A stretch of DNA of 64,000 nt from Candidatus Hydrogenedentota bacterium (lineage in GTDB: Bacteria; Hydrogenedentota; Hydrogenedentia; Hydrogenedentales; SLHB01): positions 256,001 to 320,000 of the forward strand of contig CAXXYE010000004.1 of the NCBI GenBank assembly GCA_963674865.2. The letters run 5' to 3'. Under the pieces are notes generated by a model. The model was not told where the DNA came from and made no database searches. It saw only the letters and a program-made list of their open reading frames with translations. The stretch's first letter is position 1, and every line of letters begins with the position of its first letter. Positions 9,755-18,720 of the stretch are shown in pieces. Made by a program: the position numbers and the translations under genes.

Positions 9755-9891
9755 CGGGGAATGTCTCGTACGCGCTCGTGTGCGCCGTGATCTTCTCACC
9801 TATTGCCCAACGGGGGAGGGTGTTTCGACGATTGAAGGGAGTTGGTGGAACGACTTCACCGGCGTATGAGATAATCGCGGAGTTGGACATC

Positions 9892-9968
9892 GCGCCTGTA
9901 GCTCAGCCGGATAGAGCAACGGCCTTCTAAGCCGTAGGTCGTGCGTTCGAGTCGCACCAGGCGCGCCA
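9892..9968 (+). tRNA. tRNA-Arg(UCU)
   Basis: Acceptor stem GCGCCTG/CAGGCGC, D-arm GCTC...GAGC, anticodon arm ACGGC-CT TCT AA-GCCGT, T-loop GTTCGAGT, encoded CCA. Confidence 0.97.
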
Positions 9969-9982
9969 TATAGAGTATCATA

Positions 9983-10021
9983 GGCCAGAGGCTGATGGCT
10001 GAAGCCCCTGGCCGTTTTTTT
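9983..10021 (+). terminator. Rho-independent terminator after the tRNA
   Basis: GGCCAGAGGCT...AGCCCCTGGCC stem followed by GTTTTTTT. Confidence 0.85.
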
Positions 10022-10165
10022 ATGCTTGCGCGTGGGGGCCTCTGACGCCATTCGGCACGCGGAAGCCCTTGATGAACGCAGCTTCCGTCCGTCTTCCGCC
10101 GGCCGCGCGGTATTTCGGATAATGAGATTATTTCCGTCAGGCAGCGAATAGAAAGTGAGAGTGGT

Positions 10166-13100
10166 TTGAGGCGCAGTGTTGTGTTTGCGGTGTCGCTCGT
10201 GATGGCTTGCGTTTTGTTTCAGATGCACGGTATTGCGGATGGCGAAGTGAAAGATCCGCCGATGAAGGCAACAGCAGAGAGAAGTATGGAAGAGCAATTC
10301 AAGAATCCACCTCGCGAATTCAGTATGGCCCCGTTTTGGTCCTGGAATGACACGCTCGTTCCTGAGAAGCTGACGTGGCAGATCGATCAGATGATGGATA
10401 AGGGGATGTACTCGGCGTTTATGCACGCCCGCTCCGGCATTGAGTCCAGCGAGACGCCCTACTTCTCGGATGGCTGGTGGAAGGCGATCGAGGCGTGTGT
10501 GAAGCACGGCGCGGCCCACGGCTTCTACACGTGGCTGTACGATGAGGACAAGTGGCCGAGCGGATCCGCCGGGGGGCGCGTGGCGAAGCGCAATCCCGAG
10601 CGCAATCACCAGAAGTCGCTCCACATCGAGGAGTGGGAAGTGGCGGGGCCGGCGGGCGTGTCGCTGGACAAGCCGGAGGCCCTTTACTTCGTAGCCGGAC
10701 GCCTCCTCGACGACGACTCCCTTGCCCCCGACTCGCTAACGGACCTCACGGCAATGAAGGGCGGGGCATGGGATTGTCCCGAGGGCCGATGGCGCGTCTA
10801 CGCCTATTCCGTTGTGGACTACAACGAGATGGCCAACCACATGGATCCGGCCACGGTCCGCGATTTCATCGATATCACGCACGAGGAGTACTACAAGCGG
10901 TTTGGTGAGTACTTCGGCACAACGATCCCGGGGGTGTTTTTTGATGAGATCATGAATGATGCCGGTAAGAGCGCGGAGCATCTCGTATGGGCGGGCGGCT
11001 TCGCGGATAAGTTCCGCGAGATGCACGGCTATGACCTGGCGCCCTATCTGCCGGCGCTGAAGCATGACGCCGGCGTCCTAACGCCGCGCATACGTGTGGA
11101 CTTCTTCGAGACGTTCACGGCTTTGTACGAGGAGGCCTGGTTCAAGCAGCTCGGGGAATGGTGCGGAGAGCACAAGATTGCCCTTACCGGCCATACGGTG
11201 GAGGATCTGAACCGGTATATCACGCAGGGCGACTACATGCAGACGATGCGCCATCTCCAGATTCCTCTTACGGATAATGAGGATTTCCGCTACACCTGGC
11301 CGCGGACTATCGGCGCGTGGAAGCCGAAGCAGATCGCGAGCGTAAGCCATCTCTACGGACGGGAGCGTGTGGGCGCGGAGGCCTTGGGCGGGGCGGGGTG
11401 GACGTTCACACTCCACGCCGCGCGATACGGGCTAAACATGCTTTCGGCCTATGGCCTGAACTTCTTCGTGCTTCACCTGTTCCACTATTCCATGGCGAAT
11501 CCGGGGAATATGGACGACTGGCCGCAATCCTGGTGCTACCGCAATCCGTATTGGAAGTACTTCCGCACACTGGGCGATCACATGCGGCGGGTATCCTTCA
11601 TGCTCACCGGGGGCGATGCCGTGGCGGATGTTTCGATACTCTATCCGCAGGTGAACCAGTACGTCGGTTATGGGCCAGGCACGACGGAGGAGACGCTGGA
11701 TGCTCTCGTCGCGGCGCAGATCGACGCGGACATTCTCGATTCTCCCTCGCTCATCAGGGCAGAGATCCAGGATGGGGCCCTTGCCGTGGGCGGGATGCGG
11801 TATCGCGCCGTGATCCTGCCGGGCGTTCGATGCCTGCGGCGTGCGGAGGCCGATCGGCTGCTCGAATTCGCCCGGGCTGGCGGGATGGTTATTGTCCATG
11901 ATCGCTGGCCGACGGACTCGGCCGAAGAGGGGCGCGATGACGCGCACATGGCCGAGTTCCAGAGGGCCATGGAAGCGGCGGGCGTCTCGCTCATGAGCCT
12001 CGAAGCAACCGTGCCGCATCTGCGTTCTCTTCTGGACTGCGACGCCGTTTTCACGGGCGACAACGCCGTTCCACTTCGCTATCACCATCAGCGGCGCGGC
12101 GGGCGCGACATCTATTTCGTTATGAACGGCGGCCGGCGGGGTGGTACGTGGCTCGCGGATTTCCGTGCGGCGGGGACTCCTTCCCTGTGGGATCCGGAGG
12201 ACGGATCCATCTCGCCGATGCCTGATGCTCTCCATCGCGGTGGGCGCACGGAATGCACGGTGAAGCTCGATGGCTGGCAGGGGATGTTTGTCGTTTTCAG
12301 TGATGGGCCGCAACAGGAAGGCGGCGCTATTCTGGCCGACTCCAATCTTGATGACACACATCTGGCGTTTGACGGCGGTCACTTGACTGCATCTGGTTGG
12401 GCGGGTCCTGAGGCCGATGCAGCCAATGTGGCGGCGCGTCTGCTTCGCAATGGCAAGGAGGTCCCGATCACGCTTCGGGGCGAAGTCACGCGCGTGCCAG
12501 CGGCTATTGCGCTGGACGGGACGTGGAATTTCTTGCCTACGGGTGGTCAACTCGACTATGAATGGCGAACCGATGTGGAAGACAGCGAACTGGAGCTGCC
12601 CGTGATGCGGGCGCGGTGGGAACGGGATCCTGAGGAGTCGCGCAAGGCTTGGCACTTGCCGGAATATGATGATGGGCGCTGGCTGGAGGTCCCGGTGCGC
12701 GGGAAGTCTGCGCCGGAGAAGGGCGTGCAGCGTTATCGCTCCCGGTGGGAAGCGCGCCATATCTCGTGGCGTTTTCTCGAATTCGAACTGGATCGCTTCT
12801 TCGGGCAGCCGGTGGGAGGCAAGGGGCTTGCGTGCCGCAAGGTGTTCCAATTGCCTCCTGAGGTGGCCGGGGGGTGGCTAGCCGTGGTATGTGAAGGCCC
12901 GTTCCGGGTGTTGGTGAACGGCCAGTTGATGGGAGAAGGCGCAGGCGGCACCGCCCCCGCCATGATTCAGTTGGACGGACTTCGCGCGGGGAGAAACGTC
13001 CTGGCTATCGAGGCGGAAGACGCCAAGTCCATCCTGGCGGAAGGGCAATTGCTCCCGGAAAATGGGGAGCCTGTCCCGATCTTCACGGATGACACATGGG

Positions 13101-13873
13101 AAGTGCGTATCGAGGGTGAGGAATGGACTCAGGCCTGGGTGTATCTTGCGGCGCATGAAACGCCGGGCGGCGAACCGGAGTATCCGCTTGCTGTGCCGGC
13201 GCCGACAGCCGTCTGGCTGCGCCAACCGCTGCCTCCAGGTGTGACGCGCGTTAGCCTTCCCGAGATAGACGGGGATTGGCAGGCGTGGCTCGACGGCGAG
13301 CCGCTGGTGTTCTCGGATGGTGTGTGTCGCCTACCTGAGCCGGCGCGTAGCGGGGCCGTGCTGGCCCTGCGCGTTTCGATCGCCGGTGAAGATGAGAAGC
13401 CGGGGCTGGCGGAGGCGATACGTGTCGTGTGCGTACCGGCGGCGGAGCGCCTCGGATCATGGACAGAGCAGCATCTAGATTGGTATTCCGGAAGGGCGAT
13501 GTACGCGAAGGAGTTCGAACTCACTGACGCCTATGTTGAAGAGGATCTGCGGTTCACGCTCGACCTGGGCAGCGTGTGCTATTGCGCGGAGATCTGGGTG
13601 AACGGCGAACTCGCCGGAACGCGCGTCTGGCCGCCTTACCGTATCGACGTGACGGACCTCGTCCACGCCGGAAAGAACCGGGTGGTCATCGTGGTGGCCA
13701 ACCTACTGGCGAATCGCATGCGGTGGGATATGTTTGAATCGGCTAAAACCAACCTGTACGCCCGCCGCTGGCACGATAACACCATCCGGCGCGATGCGTG
13801 GGCACTTGAATCGGGGCTTGTTGGGCCGGTGCGGCTCATTCCTCAGCGCAAGGTAGTCCTGACGAGTCCGTGA
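10166..13873 (+). CDS. Large secreted glycoside hydrolase, GH106 (alpha-L-rhamnosidase)-like, with beta-sandwich/GH2-type sugar-binding domains
   Basis: Signal peptide; PFWSWND, FMHARSG, WLYDEDKWPSGSAGG, GVFFDE, GAEALG; C-terminal LDLGSVCYCAEIWVNG...PPYRIDVT...SGLVGPV. Confidence 0.72.
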   Translation: MRRSVVFAVSLVMACVLFQMHGIADGEVKDPPMKATAERSMEEQFKNPPREFSMAPFWSWNDTLVPEKLTWQIDQMMDKGMYSAFMHARSGIESSETPYFSDGWWKAIEACVKHGAAHGFYTWLYDEDKWPSGSAGGRVAKRNPERNHQKSLHIEEWEVAGPAGVSLDKPEALYFVAGRLLDDDSLAPDSLTDLTAMKGGAWDCPEGRWRVYAYSVVDYNEMANHMDPATVRDFIDITHEEYYKRFGEYFGTTIPGVFFDEIMNDAGKSAEHLVWAGGFADKFREMHGYDLAPYLPALKHDAGVLTPRIRVDFFETFTALYEEAWFKQLGEWCGEHKIALTGHTVEDLNRYITQGDYMQTMRHLQIPLTDNEDFRYTWPRTIGAWKPKQIASVSHLYGRERVGAEALGGAGWTFTLHAARYGLNMLSAYGLNFFVLHLFHYSMANPGNMDDWPQSWCYRNPYWKYFRTLGDHMRRVSFMLTGGDAVADVSILYPQVNQYVGYGPGTTEETLDALVAAQIDADILDSPSLIRAEIQDGALAVGGMRYRAVILPGVRCLRRAEADRLLEFARAGGMVIVHDRWPTDSAEEGRDDAHMAEFQRAMEAAGVSLMSLEATVPHLRSLLDCDAVFTGDNAVPLRYHHQRRGGRDIYFVMNGGRRGGTWLADFRAAGTPSLWDPEDGSISPMPDALHRGGRTECTVKLDGWQGMFVVFSDGPQQEGGAILADSNLDDTHLAFDGGHLTASGWAGPEADAANVAARLLRNGKEVPITLRGEVTRVPAAIALDGTWNFLPTGGQLDYEWRTDVEDSELELPVMRARWERDPEESRKAWHLPEYDDGRWLEVPVRGKSAPEKGVQRYRSRWEARHISWRFLEFELDRFFGQPVGGKGLACRKVFQLPPEVAGGWLAVVCEGPFRVLVNGQLMGEGAGGTAPAMIQLDGLRAGRNVLAIEAEDAKSILAEGQLLPENGEPVPIFTDDTWEVRIEGEEWTQAWVYLAAHETPGGEPEYPLAVPAPTAVWLRQPLPPGVTRVSLPEIDGDWQAWLDGEPLVFSDGVCRLPEPARSGAVLALRVSIAGEDEKPGLAEAIRVVCVPAAERLGSWTEQHLDWYSGRAMYAKEFELTDAYVEEDLRFTLDLGSVCYCAEIWVNGELAGTRVWPPYRIDVTDLVHAGKNRVVIVVANLLANRMRWDMFESAKTNLYARRWHDNTIRRDAWALESGLVGPVRLIPQRKVVLTSP

Positions 13874-13897
13874 GAGGCGTGGGATGTCGTGGCCTGC

Positions 13898-15901
13898 CTA
13901 TCGATTGCCGACCGTGATGCCGGGCCATGTGTCCGTCCGGAAGGGGGCGGCGGGGAGCGCGGCGCCGTTGTAGAGGTTGCCGATGGGATTCGCGGCCCAG
14001 GCATACCGGACGGCAAGGGGCCGGGGCACGTTGGGACTGTTCACCACGACTGATTCGCCTTCGATGCGGGCGTCCGCCCAGTGAAACTCCCGATCTTCCC
14101 CTGCCACGGCGAAGCCTTGAAGCGGCTCTCCTTCCGGTGTTGAGAGTCTTTCGGCATGATCGAAGCTGAGGCGAACCTGATCACTATCGATGTGCATTGC
14201 GCGGAAGATGGGCCCTGAGCAGGGCACGTCTATTCCGTACACCTTGTGAAGGGCGTCTAGCGCAAGGCGGCGGCCGACTTCCTGCTTGTTGCGCGGGTGG
14301 ATGTCGTCGGCGTCGCCGATATCGATGGCGACGGCCATGCCTGTGTTGGGGAGGGATAGAGCCATTTGCTGGGCCTCGCGCAATTCCGCCCATTCGTCAT
14401 CGGTGGGGCGAGTCTGCCTGCGCTGCCAGTTGGCTAGTTGCACAAAGAGAAAGGGGAAATCGCCTTGCGCCCATTGGGCGCGCCAATCGGTTATGAGCGT
14501 CGTGAATAGACGCCGGTACTGATATGCGCGATCCGCGTTGGCTTCGCCTTGGTACCAGAGCATGCCGCGCATGCCGTAGGGGACGAGCGGAGCGATCTGG
14601 GCGTTGAAGATGACTGTGGGCCGATTGGCTCGGCTGGGCGGCCCGGCCGGGAGGGACGCGGCATCGGCTTCCGCGGGATCAATGCGGTATTTCCATGAGC
14701 CGGCCAGGGGCAGCGTTTCGCCGGCGGCAGTCTTGAGGTGCAATTGACGCGGTTCGCCGTAGAGCCCGTTGCGGTGTCCGATATTGAGAGCAAGAACGGT
14801 GATGACGTTGCGTCCGGGGCGAATTAGATCCTCGGGTACGGAGTAATTGCGGATGAGGCGACGGCCCGCGGTGCATCCGACTTCTTTGCCGTTGAACCAG
14901 GTGATATCGAAGTCGTGAATTGGGCCGAGGGAAAGGATTATATCGCCCGTGGGTTCCTCAGCTAATTCTACTTCCTTCCGAAGCCAAACCATTTGACGCA
15001 GGCCGGAGCCTGTCTCTTCCCTCTCTCGCGGCAGTTCAACAGGCGTCCAGTCTTCGGCGTCATATTCAGGAACCTGCCAGCCGCGAGTGTCAGCTCCGAG
15101 GCCGGATACTTGTCGGCGCAGCGCTTCTCTCCAGGCGTCGACCTTGCTTTCGTACAGCGCTTGAAATTGTTCGAGCGTGAAGTTCTCTTGCGTCATATTG
15201 AGGACGATCTCTCGGAACTCGGGATCGTTGAAGAGCGCGTCCCCGCTCATCCAATTCTCAATGGGGGTCCCACTCCAGGTTGTCTGAATGAGTCCCACGG
15301 GGATCCCGAGGCGGTTGTTGAGTTCCCGGCCAAAGAAGTACATGGCCGCGGAGAAATCGGTGACTGTGGCGGACGAACAGGGCAGCCAGCCATTGCTTGT
15401 GATGTGGCGGGAGGGCCGATCCGCGGCGGCATGCTCGACTTGGAACAGGCGTATGTTCGGGTAATCCGCCGCGGCAATCTCCTCTTCGCAGCGCAGGACT
15501 CGTGCCCAGTTGCTCTTGAGGGGCATCTCCATGTTGGACTGGCCCGATCCGAGCCACACCTCTCCGATCATGATATCCGAGACCTCTATGGTGTTATCAC
15601 CTGAGACGATGAGATCGAAGGGCCCGCCGGCGGGCATTGGCTCGAGTGTAACTCGCCACGTGCCGTCGGCCTGGACCTCAGAGGACTTGGTCTGCCCGGC
15701 GAACTCGACCTTCACTACGGCCCCCGGAGAGCCGTTGCCCCAGATGGGGATGGGGATATCCCGCTGCAGCACCATGTGATCGCCGAAGAGGGGCGGCAAG
15801 GTGATAGGGCCCGTGGGGGCCGGTGGGGAGGCGTTTTCCAGTCCGGCGAGGAGGAAGCCGGCTGTTAGGAATACATGCGGGATGGTGAAGGTGAAAGTCA
15901 T
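13898..15901 (-). CDS. Sialate/9-O-acetylesterase (SASA family) with inserted beta-sandwich domain
   Basis: LFGDHMVLQRD, GEVWLGSGQSNM, WYQGEAN, FLFVQLA, DIHPRNKQEVG, VRYAW; start set at ATG 15901. Confidence 0.9.
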   Translation of the reverse strand: MTFTFTIPHVFLTAGFLLAGLENASPPAPTGPITLPPLFGDHMVLQRDIPIPIWGNGSPGAVVKVEFAGQTKSSEVQADGTWRVTLEPMPAGGPFDLIVSGDNTIEVSDIMIGEVWLGSGQSNMEMPLKSNWARVLRCEEEIAAADYPNIRLFQVEHAAADRPSRHITSNGWLPCSSATVTDFSAAMYFFGRELNNRLGIPVGLIQTTWSGTPIENWMSGDALFNDPEFREIVLNMTQENFTLEQFQALYESKVDAWREALRRQVSGLGADTRGWQVPEYDAEDWTPVELPREREETGSGLRQMVWLRKEVELAEEPTGDIILSLGPIHDFDITWFNGKEVGCTAGRRLIRNYSVPEDLIRPGRNVITVLALNIGHRNGLYGEPRQLHLKTAAGETLPLAGSWKYRIDPAEADAASLPAGPPSRANRPTVIFNAQIAPLVPYGMRGMLWYQGEANADRAYQYRRLFTTLITDWRAQWAQGDFPFLFVQLANWQRRQTRPTDDEWAELREAQQMALSLPNTGMAVAIDIGDADDIHPRNKQEVGRRLALDALHKVYGIDVPCSGPIFRAMHIDSDQVRLSFDHAERLSTPEGEPLQGFAVAGEDREFHWADARIEGESVVVNSPNVPRPLAVRYAWAANPIGNLYNGAALPAAPFRTDTWPGITVGNR

Positions 15902-16160
15902 CTGTGAGTCTCGAACAACATGAGGGCAGGTTCCGGTTCCCAATTGCACACGAAGTATAGGTGACGGCGCGGGGCACTGTCGAATTAGTCGGCGATTGCG
16001 GAAGCGCCTTGTGTCCCATCGCTTCAGAGGGGCGCGGAGTGGGCAGAGGATGGCTTCGGTTCCTTTCCTTGATGCGGGATGCGGTGTTCGTTACCATTGG
16101 GCCGCATCGGAGCGTGTCGCTCTGCGTCAAGATGGCCTCACAGTATAGAAAGACAAGCCA

Positions 16161-17063
16161 ATGAAGGAATGGAAGAATCCCCTGGTGAAGAAGGGCGCGT
16201 TGCCCGTCATAGCCTCTGAATCAACGCCGTTTGTGTTCAATGATCGCTTGTACCGGCTTGAGAACTTCCACAAGAGCGATGAGTTTCTCGACAAACCGGT
16301 CGACTATCGATTCCACGAGGATGGCTTTCGTATCCGGGATGTGGAAGCGGATCGCGTCGTGAGTGTGCCGCTGCTCAATCATTACTTCGCCATCGCGTAT
16401 GTCTGGCAGGGGAGGGTTTATGCGTTCGCGGGCGACCTCGGCGAGGATGAGCCTTGGTGGCATATCCGCAAGATCATCATGATCTCGTCGGATGATCTTA
16501 TCACGTGGACGAAGCCGCAGGTGGTGCTGCGTTCGGAGCGTGGCGAGCGCATGTTCAACACGGGGATCTGCCATGATGGCTCGCAGTTCGTGATGCTATA
16601 CGAGACGGATGACAAGCGCTGGCCGAAGTTCACGTTCAAGTATCTACGCTCGACGGATATGGTGAATTGGGAGCCTATTCCGAACGCCCTGTATGGCACG
16701 GACAAGTATGTCGGCGGGCCGGCGCTCTATTTCGAGGGCGGCTGGTATTACACGCTCTATCTGGAGTCGTTGGGAGAGGGGCGTTACGAGACTCGGATCA
16801 CACGCTCGAAGGATCTGGTGAACTGGCAGGATGCACCGGCGGGCCGCCCGTTCTTGCCTCACGATCCAAACCGGCAACCTGATCCGGTGAATCATCCCGA
16901 AGTGTGGGAACTCAACGCGTCCGATCCGGATTTGTGCGAGTACAAAGGCAAAACCATCGTCTACTTCAACGGGGGGAACCAACTGGGTGTCGGTGACTTT
17001 CAATGGGCGGAGTTTGACGGTTCGCCGCGCGAGTTGTTTGAGTGTTTCTTCCAGGAAGAATAG
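16161..17063 (+). CDS. Putative beta-propeller glycosidase-like protein (GH32/43/130 superfamily-like)
   Basis: Repeated S-x-D-[LM]-x-x-W blade motifs (SSDDLITW, RSTDMVNW, RSKDLVNW), ESTPFVF, NASDPDL; no signal peptide. Confidence 0.55.
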   Translation: MKEWKNPLVKKGALPVIASESTPFVFNDRLYRLENFHKSDEFLDKPVDYRFHEDGFRIRDVEADRVVSVPLLNHYFAIAYVWQGRVYAFAGDLGEDEPWWHIRKIIMISSDDLITWTKPQVVLRSERGERMFNTGICHDGSQFVMLYETDDKRWPKFTFKYLRSTDMVNWEPIPNALYGTDKYVGGPALYFEGGWYYTLYLESLGEGRYETRITRSKDLVNWQDAPAGRPFLPHDPNRQPDPVNHPEVWELNASDPDLCEYKGKTIVYFNGGNQLGVGDFQWAEFDGSPRELFECFFQEE

Positions 17064-17289
17064 GCCCCTAAGACGCGCCTGAGCACCAAGTTGTTTCCGT
17101 GGGATAGAGGGAACGAAAGGCGTCCTCCAGGTATTGTATTCGGGCGGCACACCATCTGGCGTGTGAAGGGAAGAGCCGCCTGTTGAGACATTGCGCGTGT
17201 CTGCACCTGTTCGCTTTTGGGTGCTTGGACAGTGTATGGAGTAACTGGAGGATGTCTGGCGAGTTGTTGCGGCCACGGAACCGGCGATC

Positions 17290-18687
17290 ATGAGACGGGG
17301 GATTCCTCTTGCCTGCGTCCTGGCGCTTGTTCTCGCAGGGGTCTTCCTGGCATTTCATCGGCGTCAGACGGACACGAATGTAGTTGTGACGGGGGAGGAG
17401 CCCGAGGCGACGGGCCGAGCCGTTCGAGCGGAACACGTTCCTGAACGTGAGGGGCCTGAACTCGCGACGTCACCTTCGGAATCGCCCCAGATGTCGGAGG
17501 CAGAGGAGCAGCCGCCCGCGCTCGCGCTCCACGGCATTGTCCTAAGCGTAGCTGGGCGTCGCGTCAATGGGGCGGAGGTCCTTATCAATGAGTCCGATGC
17601 ACAACCGGCGGCGACGACTGATGTGCGTGGGTTTTTCGACATACAGGAGTTGCCAGCAGCCACGCGGACACTGTTTGTGCGCCACGCGGACTATGTCGCC
17701 AAGTTAGTGCCAGTCAGGGAGGCGGCCGCAAGTGGAGAGACGCTCGAGATCACATTGAGGCGGGGGGCGACACTTACCGGCACCGTGACTTCCCTTGGGC
17801 GGCCTCTTGCCAACCACGAGGTGAAGTCCAATGACTCTGGCTCTTGGTTCTTCGGCCGCGAATCACGAGTTGCCAGGACGGATGGCCGTGGTGTCTATAA
17901 GTTCGCGCATCTCAGGTCCGGCCGCTACAGTCCGGTGTGCTTCCTTCACGAGGATGATGGTGAGTCGGCGCCCAGAAAACTGACTGTAGACGCAATTCTC
18001 GAGGATGAGAAGACAACGGTTGCGAACTTCGAGTTTCGCGAGTGGAACGCGTCTCTGGAAGGGCGGATTCTGTTCAACGGACAGCCTGCGCAAGACGCTT
18101 ATGTCGAGGCTGTGTGCCGTACCGAGGACGAGGCGAGGGAGTCATTTCAGGAAAGAGCCGATGCCGATGGATACTACCGGTTTGACATCCTGCCGTCCGG
18201 CACACTTGACGTGGCGATTCGGATGCGGGTGGGTACAGCAGAACTCCAGAGAACGACTGTCATCGAGATCCCGGCGGGGGTCGTCACAACCAGGGACTTT
18301 GCATTTGGGGGCGCCGGCGCGATCAGCGGCTACTGTCTTGGCCTTGACGAGCATGGTGGCCAGAGAAACAGAATCTCCAAGCCGGAAGTCGTGCTTCTCA
18401 AGGGCGATATCTGTGACTCGTTGGCCGAGGTCGGCCTCTTGGGAACGGAGATGATGACGAATATGGACGCGGCCCTTCATGCGTATCAAGAGGTTGCGGA
18501 GGACGGCTCATTTCGAATGGACAACCTTGAAGAAGGAGCCTACACCGTCATCCTGGTTGCTGATATTGGACTGAACAGTCCTTTGACGTATGCCTTTTCG
18601 TGTGCCGCTGTTTCGGGGGCGCAAGAAACGGAGATTATCCTCGGGCCGGACTTTGTCACGGAGTACGCTGAACCGGGGGAGAAGTAG
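17290..18687 (+). CDS. Membrane-anchored protein with tandem carboxypeptidase-regulatory-like (transthyretin-fold) repeats
   Basis: N-terminal TM helix and low-complexity linker; repeats of GxV...GxPxxxAxV...TDxxGxY/FxF (TTDVRGFF, RTDGRGVY, ADADGYY, AEDGSF). Confidence 0.75.
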   Translation: MRRGIPLACVLALVLAGVFLAFHRRQTDTNVVVTGEEPEATGRAVRAEHVPEREGPELATSPSESPQMSEAEEQPPALALHGIVLSVAGRRVNGAEVLINESDAQPAATTDVRGFFDIQELPAATRTLFVRHADYVAKLVPVREAAASGETLEITLRRGATLTGTVTSLGRPLANHEVKSNDSGSWFFGRESRVARTDGRGVYKFAHLRSGRYSPVCFLHEDDGESAPRKLTVDAILEDEKTTVANFEFREWNASLEGRILFNGQPAQDAYVEAVCRTEDEARESFQERADADGYYRFDILPSGTLDVAIRMRVGTAELQRTTVIEIPAGVVTTRDFAFGGAGAISGYCLGLDEHGGQRNRISKPEVVLLKGDICDSLAEVGLLGTEMMTNMDAALHAYQEVAEDGSFRMDNLEEGAYTVILVADIGLNSPLTYAFSCAAVSGAQETEIILGPDFVTEYAEPGEK

Positions 18688-18720
18688 CGGACTCCGCAGA
18701 GGTTCTGGGACAGCTTCCAG

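Noticed and set aside
6776..12850. Long minus-strand ORFs 6776..8086 and 11432..12850
   Set aside because: They overlap well-supported plus-strand genes and have no recognisable domains.
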